In this document: piece after piece, positions 53,113-64,000 of the stretch
Layout: every line of letters starts with the position of its first letter
How positions within the stretch are numbered: the first letter of the stretch is position 1
Translations under genes and position numbers: made by a program
Origin: Lytechinus pictus
Lineage: Eukaryota
DNA: 64,000 nt
NCBI RefSeq assembly: GCF_037042905.1
Contig: NC_087251.1
Span: forward strand, 33,420,001 to 33,484,000
Direction: 5' to 3'
Notes under the pieces: model-generated
Told to the model about the DNA's origin: nothing
Seen by the model: only the letters and a program-made list of their open reading frames with translations
Databases searched by the model: none

Positions 53113-53881
53113 CTGGTGAGATGATGGTGATTGCTTGCAGTAATGCATACTCTTGTTTGGTCAGCATCATACCATTGACTGCTTGGATAAACTTGAGCGT
53201 TGGTTCTGTTGCCGTCAAGAACCCCGAATGCAACATTGATTCAAAGGACCATTCGCTGCCTGTGATGTCATCAATGATAACATTGCGCTCTGGAACATAG
53301 TTCTCAGCACACCTCAGCATGAGGACTTCAAGGATAGCGTTCTTGATGAGCACCGCCTGCTCATCGTAGGGCAGCCTTCGGAAGGCTGGAATGGCCTTGG
53401 TGAAGGCAACAGTTTGCCTGATGACGACACCCATTAACGTCATGTTGTAGATAATCATCTGCTGCATAGTGGGTTGGTCCGGGAGTTCTGCCATTTTTTC
53501 GTTCATACCCGGTTCCTTCTTGATCTTGTCCGATATCCTTTGATTGTCCACCTGACAAGATGTTGAGGTGAGGCTCGGCGAGTGGTCCAGCGGTTCTTCT
53601 TTCAAACAAATCTTTTGGGGCTTGTCCAGCGAATATCTTTGGTGGTGGTGGAGCTTTTCATTGTCTGCTTTGTCCAGTGCAGAGTCCATTTTGATCATGC
53701 AAGGGTCGCTGGGCATCATGCCAGGGTGAGGTGTCATCGTCATGCCTTTTGGCGCAAACAGGGAGCTGGGATCAAAACAGAAAGGATTGGCACCATTGCA
53801 GTTCATATTTGCAAACATTGCTTCAGTCTTGTCCTGGAATGCTTGCATCTTTCTCAATATTTCGTCTATTTTCCCATTTGG
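53113..53881 (-). CDS. Nuclear receptor, LBD exon (H1-H3 insert through helix 8)
   Basis: CAG acceptor at 53882-53884 and GTAAGA donor at 53112; 769 nt, phase 0-1. Carries the LBD signature FTKAIPAFRRLPYDEQAVLIKNAILEVLMLR and EYALLQAITIISP|DRP. Confidence 0.95.
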
Positions 53882-56800
53882 CTGTATGAAGACAAAACAG
53901 AAACGAGAAAGGGAGAGGGACATTAATAACAATTCAATCCAAGGTGTGATGTGTATTTGAACATAATGACTTGCACATAACATTCCAACCATTAAAGAAA
54001 GACATTTTACAAAGTGTTGCTTTCATAGTAAAGAAAAAAAAACTCCATGACATTATTTTAGTTACTACGGAATTTCACTGAATCCTTTCAAAGATTGTTT
54101 AAAGAACAGTATCAAGAAAAGTTCAGACCCTGTGGACATCATCTACATACATGTAACAGTCCTGATCATACTTGATTTTGAATGTTTAATATTGAGAGAT
54201 GACATGCACACCAAAAAGTTCTCACACTTTCTTCCTTCCGGTTGAAGAAAAATTCAAGCCATGTGCAATGTTATTGGTCCCTGGTGACGATATCCCAGGA
54301 GCCCAATTATAATGTATGGAAGCCCCACTTGTTACACTCTGCTCTATTTAACAGGCAACATTTCTTCACTAATCGCTCAGGTTCTCATCAATCGCCGTCT
54401 GCAATTGAATATTCATTTCAGCACTTGACACTAATACGCCTTGCTCGCAGCAGGTCCTGCGATTTATGTCCTCATGTTTCATGTATATCTGCTGCAAAAC
54501 GAGAAGCGTCTGCACGCCACGCAATCCGGGTGTAATCAATACGCCACTCCGCGAAACTGGGTTAAGTTGCCGACGATTCTTCTAGTCTGCTCTACTTCCG
54601 TAAATGTTAGTTTGAGGACGAGTCGGCTGAAAATTCGGGTAAGCAGATCACAGACGAAAGCTGAGAATTTGGAAAATGGAGCAACGGTGCAGGCACACAT
54701 TACCCTTTAGCTAAGCTGTCTGAATACAGTGTCTAAAGTGTCGGGCCGCTATGTTCTTAAAAGATTTTAATTGATGCACAAACAGAGCTGCTGGCATCTG
54801 TTGCACGAATGTTCCCCATTACGTATTCTAGGCAGGAGAGGGCCATGTTATTCTAGAAGCGCCATGGGAGCATGAGGGTGCTGGGGCTTGTCCGATAGGT
54901 CCCTCAGAGATGTATCACGGAGGCCTGCCAGGCGTGATCACCATAACAGATTCCCTGCTGCATCACGTGCTATTTCCCATCGTTCCATCGTCAAAGGTGT
55001 GCTCCGTGGTGTCACCTGACCACCGAGCTGCATCATCCATGGATAACTTTCCTTTGAAAAATTACGCATCTCTTGATACCTCATGAATAATGCACGAGTC
55101 TTAGAGAGGGGGGTAGAAGGGAAGCACGTCTTGACAAAGCCCTCAAAGGTAGCGGCAAGCTTTGATTACATTTTTTTTTCGCTGTAACCTATTTCTCCAG
55201 CCTCTGGTTGGTTGCAGAATGAGGGGAGGAGGATTCCCTTGCACCGAAACACAGGGGACGACCAAAAGACAGGCAGTAATCAGTCCTATTTGGGGTATGG
55301 TTACTTGACTTCAGACACAATTTTGATGAAAACTAGGCCAACGCATCCATCATTTTCTCTCCTATCCAGGTTGTGTTGACAGTATGTTCCTATCACCTTG
55401 TACAACCCAATACAGCGCTTGGCCTAATTCTGCAGTGTACGGCATCACAACAACACTTTAACAAGAGTACTTTGCCTGTTTCTTCTATCCGATCCACAAG
55501 CACTTTGAAACATAGAGGCATCATACACCTTTTTCTCTCAACAACTTCATTTTTCTTTGTTTCCAAACAGAGAGACTCAAGCTTCAGGACACACCCAGGG
55601 GGAAGCAGATATACCAATCAATGCATGTTACTCCTATATGGTTTTAGTATTTCCTCCAAGGAGTATCAAGGAAGAACTTAATCCAATCTATGATAGAAGA
55701 TGATTCCCATGGTATCCCTAGGCCATCCAGGATTAAAATAAAAACTATACCAGAGGAGAGGAAAGATTACAATTTACACACAATAACCAAAGGATACTTG
55801 CTCAAAATGATACCTATATTAATGAACATAAATATTTCCTACCTAATATGACTGTAAATGTCGCATTGACCTTGATGAAGTTACATGTACCTGCTAGAGG
55901 TGTATGGATTCTAGTCTTGTCCATCTCGTTGACCTTTTGAAATAGTTGTTGGTCCTTGCGGGCAGTTTGATTTACGGCCAAACAAACATGGACCGCATCA
56001 TTACATGCATACGCAATCCCAACCGAAAGTAAAGCACATGGTGCAATCCGCAAAAACCTATAGCCTAAACTTAAAGTTGATCTCAAGCATACAAGATTGC
56101 AAGGGGATAGGTCTCCTTCACGTGGGGATTAAAAGGACACTATCTCATCCACTTTGACATAGTGTGAACGCCCTTCTAGCTTTCAAAAGACATCTCATCA
56201 GTATTTTCTGCTAGTTTGGGCTATCATCATCATCTTGACGGACAGATGAATGGTCAGACATAGTGACAGAAAGTGCAATGATCTTTGTTTACCAAGAGAT
56301 TCATAAATATGCATGTTTAAGCATCCATACACACAAAAATCATGAAAACGGGAAAGAATAAGTAGAGGTTACGAGGGGTGGGAAGGAGGTATAGTAAAAG
56401 GAATATAGAATGAATCAAGCAGACAGAGAGACAGATAGGGGTGCCACAGGGATGTCATTTAGGGTCTGTTGAACAAAATAAAAAGCGGAGTGTCTTGAAT
56501 TCACTATGATCTATATGATTATTATTCCCTTTATTTTTGAGAAAAGGGAAGCAGGGGGGGTCTTGTTTTGAATTCATAGAGGCCTTAATTATTATTTCTA
56601 TTATTTCCCTGTACATATACAAAAGCTAACAATAGGTAATCAAATTTTAAACACACTTCACACATTTGAAGCAGAAATGATTGGGACCTAACTGATCATC
56701 CTAAATACCACATCACCTCAGTTTTAAGTATTTATGTTTTTTAGTTTGTTTGAAGAGAGTGGGAACATGAACACTTGCCAACCAGCGACACACCATGGGT

Positions 56801-59800
56801 CTTTGTAATGCCTCGTGCCCTCTGCCTGTGATGGCTAGGGGCATGATCAATAGTTTGTCAATTTGCCCTCAGTTCCTCCTGCGTTTGTTCTCTGAATAAA
56901 TGATGAGGTAAATATTAACACTGCTGGGTGTTTGATGAGAATTCATTTCAAAAGAATGATTTTGCTCTAATAACCCAGAAACTTTAATGCTTGCTTTGCA
57001 CTGAAAGCAGAGAGAGATAGGTAGAAAGAGTAACAGATGGAAAATACTGCAAGGTAATGAAAACCTAGGATACAAAACCTACAAGGGTTATGTTTTGACA
57101 TCAATATATTTTGTTGCTCTCAATCACTAAATAATGCTTCAACTTGGCATTTTTTTTTTGCTTTGATACTCTTTGAGGTATTTCAAACAAACTTACCTTA
57201 TTTAAAGAAATGTGGCTCTAAAATAGATGTTTTTGTGTATTTTCAATTTCTAATATATCTGTTTTTCAATTCTATTAGTTTCACTATTCTTTCATGAAAA
57301 AAAATAGGTAGGTATCATTATTAGGACCACAAACTGTCTAAAACAAATTGATTTTGATCTGAAATGGCAAAAATGATAAATCATTTTTAATTTCAGCTTG
57401 ATAAAAATGTGTAAGTGAAACCATGTTCTTGAGTAATTTTGGTCTGCCATGCAGGTACAAGCCCATGCATAACTTTGCAACCACCTAAATGGATGTTGCA
57501 AATTTGGTCTCAAAAGGTGTGTAAGACTTTTCACAGTACAAATTTAGCACAAAAATGTCCAGGAGGGGAGGGGGCTGGATTAGCCTTCCTGTCTTTTAGC
57601 GGTTCAAAGGAAGATCAACCTGATTTTAAAACATCAAATTCAAATTTCATTTGCCTATCTGTGACACTGGTTCATGCAATGAAGGCGACTCCTGCCTTTT
57701 TTCCTCACAGAAAGAGAAAGAGGGAGGGAGGGGGGGGGGAAGAGGGTGAGAGGGGGCAAAGACAGAAGTGAAGCCATGGGATAAAAGTGCAAGACATCTG
57801 GAAGACCGGGTTTGAGTGAGAAGCTGTTCCTTGGTACAATCGTTGGGGTCAGACCAAACAAATATCCAAAACCAAATATTTCTGGATTGGGCCTATTAGA
57901 GAGAGGTGATGACAGCACAAACCAGTGAGTGTACAAACCGCACCCCTAACCAATCCTAAGTCAACCATATGCACAGAAAGAAAGAGAGAGAGAGATTGAG
58001 ACACAAAATGAAATCTAGAAAACAGAGGCTACAAAGAGATGGATTATCATTATATAAGGTATAGAAGTTTTCAGTGAAAAGGACGAATGCACAAGATATA
58101 AGAACCAATGCATAAGTAGGCCTAATTAAATAAGCATTTAACTAGCTGATATGGGAGATATTTAATTGAGTTGTCTCTAATGCTATGCATGATAATAAAA
58201 CATAGGTTAACATTACAAAGGACTTATTTTCTAAAAAAATCCAACACTTTGAAGTGTGTGGTATCTAATATTGTTCATCTGGAAAAAAAAAACACCATGG
58301 AAGATTTTTTTTTAATTATTTTTTTACAGTACATGGCCCCTATGATGAGTAGGACCCAGTTTTACAGAATACAAAGTGAATTTATTTTCGAATTATAATG
58401 GTCTGCTCATTATTAATGACAACATCAGCTTCATTGTTATACATCTGAAATGTTTCATAACAAAACACTTCCTTAACTCTACCAGGAAATGGAGTTCATG
58501 AATATAACACCTACATATCTACGTTTATTGATGTAGGCTATGACATACATGAGTGGGTCAGATTCCTCCCCTAAAACAATTTCATGACTGACTATATCAT
58601 CACTAGTTCACACCTGAAACCACATCAGTGATTACAACATGAGCTCTGTTATCATCTAACATTCTACCTGGTGTAACGACCGACTATCAGACGTCAGAAT
58701 CCACCCTCGCCTACAAACTCCCCGGAATGCTTGCTCATTATCACATTCCCGTTTTGATTCTCCGATTGTCACTTGCCATCAACAGCGGCAAACAATCCCA
58801 GCAGACAAGGCTATTATTCTGAGTGATTTTCTTTTCTTTTTTTTCTTCAGCCGGGGGATGCGGCAGCGTTTAATTTGCCATTAGAGGCAATCGCCCAGGC
58901 ATGGTGTTGATCACACAGAGAAGGCCTTGACGGTTTTGTGTTATCATTGCGTATGGGCAGCTGAATGACTGCTCAGTGAGCTGGCGATACATGGGGGTAA
59001 TTGTGCTTGAGTAATGCTGACCAGTCGATGGTGAAAGATATCATTAGTGTTGATCTAGATACGACCGTACTCCATCGGTGGCATACAAACAGGTTTGGGA
59101 GAGACCGAAGAAGAAGCCGAACAGAGATAGAGAGGGAAAGGGGGAGGGAGAGCATGTTCAGAATTCTGTGTTTACACACCTACTCCTAACCTTGTGCCAT
59201 TTAGCATCAGACAATTAACCAAGATATCCCCTACCTATCTGCGATGGCATTCAAAGTCAAAATACCGGTGGTATGCAGCAAGGACTAACTAAAGCGGCGG
59301 CGGTGAAGAAATATTTTCTGACCCGGATGGTACATTAGACTTGATCCTCGCAGGCATCTTACTCCAATTTTGCCATATCCCATCTTTTCATATTGGGCCA
59401 CACCTTGCAGCTCCACATCATTTATAGGTCAATTTAACAGCCCCATGGGTACAGAATCAACGCTTTCACTGAACGTGCCCTTCTGCTTCTACAGTTAACA
59501 TGATTGGATAATTAGGTAATTATAATGTTGCACATCCATTAGGATGTCCTCTCTTAATCATTGAATTCTTTTGCTAAATGCAAGGAGGTTATATCAAAAT
59601 TTTACCATTCTAATCCATGTGAAAATAATAGGAAGGTAGGATGTGGAATAACGACTAAGACTCATCAAACAATTTTAGTAATAAAAATGGTTTAACTGCA
59701 TCAAGATGGGGAGGGTGTAAGATTGATGAAGAGTGTGAGAGAAAGGGGGAGAGAGGGAGCGACAGATTGAGGGGAAGCGGCGAAGGAAAAGAGAAAGGGA

Positions 59801-60709
59801 AGGGAAGAGGGGAAAACAGATAGAAAAGGTCAGAGGGTTTGGAAGGGGAAAGGGTGGAGAGGATAGCAGGAGATAAGAAAAGAGGAAAGGTAGAGAAGCG
59901 GGGGAGGGGGGAGAGATCAAAATACAAAAATACTGAGGAGAAATTGAGAAAAAGGGAGAAACGATGGAAAATGATAGAAAACAAAGAAGCAAGGAAAAAG
60001 AATTAAAATGATGAGATATAAAGAAAGACAACCAGATAAAAGACCATATGACCCTGGCTTTCATCCAGACATTCTACAATGTTGCAGCCAACACAGCTGG
60101 AGCTCCTGGTAATTGTATGTAACCTGTCATCTTCTATGCGTGTATCCATCCAAATCAAAAGAGCCAATCACCAGAAATATCTACAAAGATTCGAACATGC
60201 AAGGTTAGATCTACCAAGATCTTAACATCTAGATAATGGGAGCTGAGCAACTACCCCCACCTTGTTCCATTTCCCCCAAAAGCCACAGGAGATCAATCTT
60301 AAAGGATATCAACAACTGCTTTTGCAAGAAACGTGCTGCAAAAGGATCTGGTCTGCAGGAGAGATATAGCAGGTCCTGGACTTAGTACCTTGGCATACCT
60401 ATCTATAGCCCACATATTCTTTGTTCATCTTTCTCTGCTTATTTCAGAACTACAAGCAGACCTAGGCAGTGCTCGAAACATTGATTTTAAAAGATCATGT
60501 TGTAGAGCATGAAGGACCTGGGCTGACATGTGTTGTACCATGAAGATCCAGGACTTCACACTGTGAAATTACTCTCTGTGGCTCCAATACCTTCCATCAT
60601 TCGCTGCTGGGACAACATGCAGACTTTGAAAATGCGAGGGATCTGGTCTTGCAAGGAACACGCTGTAGGCCCCATGTTTTTTGAGGACATAAGATCCTAA
60701 ACTAATTAC

Positions 60710-60984
60710 CTTAGCATTGCTATTCGTAGCACCCGAATCTGACTTGGCCCTTTCTAGTGCTGTGATGAGCTCCTCCTGGTCCTTATTCAGCTTGGGGGAG
60801 TGACTCAAGGGCATGACAATGCTACAGGATGGTGACGATGACGTCGACGACGACGTGCTGACTGAGGATGCAGAGGGTTGGGGAGAAGTGTGCTGCTGGG
60901 TGACCAGGAGCTGTTCTTTCTGCTTCTTCTTGTTCTTGCGTTCTAACGGTTTTCTTGTCTCTAACCTCTTCTCGTCCCAAACAC
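60710..60984 (-). CDS. Nuclear receptor, hinge and helix 1 exon (DBD exons lie upstream, beyond the window)
   Basis: TAG acceptor (phase 1) and GTAATT donor (phase 0), in frame with the 53881 exon. VWDEKRLETRKPLERKNKKKQKEQ (T/A-box, basic NLS-like), a Ser-rich linker and PKLNKDQEELITALERAK (helix 1). Confidence 0.85.
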
Positions 60985-63654
60985 CTATAATGAATAAAAC
61001 AAAGAAAGCAGAAAATATTGTTAGATCTCCATACTTGATGGCCACAATAATAACATGAAGAAATAACTCAACATATCATGTTACGTTTTACAAGAAGATG
61101 CTTCAACAACTCTTACTCTCTATAAAAAGAACATTATGATACAACATTCGTATTAGGTTTCTGCTTGATACACGCTACTCCACATGTGATAAAGAATAGC
61201 CTTCATTAAAAAAAACAGGGCAAGTGATGAATAGAAAAGAATATTAAGACTAATATACATTCATACAATTGGTGGTTCTGCATGAATATAAACAATACTC
61301 AATAAAAAAAAAAAATCCATTTTGCATCTAATTTGAAATACCATGAGAGTGACTCATGAAACGTCTTGTCTGTGATTTTCAGAGGAACATTTTCTTTCAG
61401 CCAATCAGATGCCATTATTTCAGTAGCTTTTAACAGATCTTAGTGAGATATCCCCTATAAATTGCTTTACAACAGGACCCCCAGGTTGTAACCCCCCCCC
61501 CATCGAACCCATAGCATAAGCCCTCACAAAAGCATCAACATTAAGCGAATAGAAATAAAAAAGAATACAATCTATACAATCAAAAGTTCATTTAAAGTTC
61601 AAGTTGCCCCGATGATACCCTCTCTCCTTGTGACTTGTCGCTTCCCAAACAGCTCAAAGACTCTAAGATCAACAGGAAAACTTGGAAGGAAGAGAGCCGT
61701 GAAGAAGGGAGAAAATCTGCTTTGATTCCTGATGAGATGATCACACAATACAAACTAGAGATGAGTCAATCTATGTTGTTTTACAGTGAAAATGTTTCAT
61801 TTCACGCTTGCATGTGTTTGTGATTAATAGCTATGTAAATGGGGTTTCCCCCCTTGTCCTGAGGGGGTGGGGGAGGGGTGCTGATTATACATTCAGGATT
61901 TTTTTTGGAAACATGCTACTACAAATACATTGTGTGATTGTATGCCGAATGAATAGGGAGTAGGGCGTATTGATAATGCTGCTTACAAAATTTCCCCAAA
62001 ATAATATTTCCACAACAATAAGACATATTAACAATTGATAACTTGATGATGGGAAAAATTCAAATATCTATTATTAATTGTTTAAATGTATCGGATTATT
62101 GTGTAAAAATATGTATTTCTAAAAGCATTGAAAACCTAGAATATTATAGTGGGCTGGATTAGTAAGATCTGGAAAGTTCAACAATCAATGATCAACTTAG
62201 ATAGAGACAGAAAAACAGTTTGAAGAAAAAGAATCATTTGAAGAAAAAATTGTCAAGAAGCAGTTTTATCTAGAAAACTTTTAAACTTGAATGGTGTTAT
62301 GTTTTCCATGGTGCGCATCCCGTATCCAATAGCGTCCATCACTACCGCAGCCTCTCAACCGATACTGACATACATCTCTCGGCTCTCCTTTCGCAGGCTG
62401 CCAAAGCCTTAGGTGTTACCGAGGATCTCATTTTGGGATCCATTATGTCAGCAGTTGGATTTGGCTCCCCAACTTGGAGGATTGAGCCCGGAATCCAACC
62501 AGGTTGGAACCATTTTCCGACCCACCCCACCCTCCTCCAGCTCATCTTTCTGTCTATCTCCATGACGAAGCAGCGGGGATAGAAGAATCCCGTTACCCAG
62601 TTGTTAGGGTGAGGATCAAATCAGTGCTGCTCTGCTGCATTAGCAAGGCTTTTACAGTCCCACATAAGACCTAAATAGGTAGCAGAGTGAAAAGCTATAA
62701 AGTCGGGTCAAAATGTGATCTGTTTTGATAGGAGTCACTTTGCCTGGATTTGCTTTTTTTTATGCCATCTCACAAAGGGTATCACTGCAAATTTAGCTAC
62801 CTTTCTTGTCTAGATCTTCACCGAAGACCCATCTCCCATGCAGACCCTTTTTCTCAAAGAAATTAAGTGTCATCTTCTTATGCAATGTCTTATCTAAAAC
62901 GGTGAATAAAGCTTTATTGGAGGAAAATCGCTCTGATTTTCCTGAAGTTCAACGCTGAGACTTTGCCTATTAGAGCACTTAAGGTGTTGATAAAGCCTGA
63001 ATTTCATAATACAGCCATTCTTTTTACATTTGTTTTCCTTTCCTTTTCATCTTTAAAATACCTCAAAGAGGGCACATTCTTATTCTTGAAAACCAGACGT
63101 AGTATCCTTCTTGCTCTAAGTTGATTATTTTTTTTATATCTATTTCCTTGCAAATCACTTCTTTCTCCATCAACTTAATGTTCAAATGACTCTAAAATGC
63201 AACCCATATCTAAACATCTCTCAATTCCTCTTTACCTGCTTGCAATGTCATATCATTTTTCGTTCTTATTCATTTTCTATGGGGGGCGACCGACATGTCT
63301 ATTTTCTTAGATTTTTCAACCTGGCCATTGTCATCTGAAATCCATACCTCCTAGATCGAGAAATCCATGTTACCATCTGGAAAAATCTACCCTTTTCAAA
63401 AATATACTTCTAAATCGGTGGACTGCCAGTGGAAAACGGGGATAAAATCTCCCCAAATCTGAGGGATCATTTCCCCTTTCCTTTCCCCTACGTCATGAGG
63501 CATGTGGACATACCAGCTGTATGCCACATTGATTTTTTTCCTCTCGTTACATTAAAAAGATGACAATGTCAGTCAGTTTCAGTTTATTTCATTATAGAGC
63601 AACATAGAAAACAGACAGAAGGACAAAGATAGAATGTCCATGTCAAAAGGAATT

Positions 63655-63963
63655 GGCCTGTATTCCGAATTAATTAACCTAAACCAGTTTCAGTCTGGGA
63701 TAAAAATTATGGGACACTAAACGTGTCAAACATTAGTTTACACTGTAATGTTTTTTGTGTTTACGAGGATCCTTCCCATGTTTTAATAGTAAACAAAACT
63801 ATTGTATTCATTATTTCAAGACAATTTCTCATGATTTAATGCAAGATGAGATTTTATGTTAAATCACCTAATTATGCAAATTGATGTCACCTTTGGCTAA
63901 CTATATTAAAAACACAACTTTAGTCCATGGTTTAAGATTAACCGGAGTTTGCAATATGGGCCA
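63655..63963. mobile_element. Old PIF/Harbinger-like MITE
   Basis: Degenerate TIRs tggcctgtattccgaa..ttaacctaaacca / tggtttaagattaacc..ttgcaatatgggcca. Confidence 0.5.
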
Positions 63964-64000
63964 CTGTGACTAATTCAAGATTGTAACGAATAATAAACAG

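Noticed and set aside
53582..53960. + strand ORFs of 114 and 72 aa (also 60813-61058 and 52668-52856)
   Set aside because: Antisense shadows of nuclear receptor coding exons.
53882..53992. N-terminal 37 aa of the 300-aa ORF
   Set aside because: Intronic read-through upstream of the splice acceptor at 53882-53884.
61000..64000. Search for the receptor's C4 zinc-finger exons
   Set aside because: No CxxC...CxxCKxFF motif was recognised on the - strand; the DBD is presumably outside the window.

Overview
AT-rich, intron- and repeat-rich animal genomic DNA; the repeat families and death-domain style suggest an echinoderm such as a sea urchin (inference). Two intact spliced genes lie tail-to-tail. 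(1) On the + strand is a complete TMEM196-like four-transmembrane gene (coding exons 29023-39415) with two candidate terminal exons. (2) On the - strand is the 3' half of an NR1H/I/J-group nuclear receptor (hinge and ligand-binding domain, 60984->52584). Its DNA-binding exons lie beyond the window, it has an approximately 150-aa helix1-helix3 insert, and it probably has a ~5 kb 3' UTR. The first ~24 kb contains decayed death-domain exons on both strands, a degraded Ulp1-protease-like transposon remnant, Helentron-type non-autonomous elements whose tandem units are dense in AGGTCA nuclear-receptor response elements, many MITEs, L2/CR1 LINE fragments and two near-perfect palindromes. No CRISPR array, rRNA or tRNA gene was seen, and no clearly new biological system can be proven from sequence alone. 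The best leads are the hormone-response-element-bearing mobile satellite, the receptor's large LBD insert and the alternative TMEM196 C-termini.
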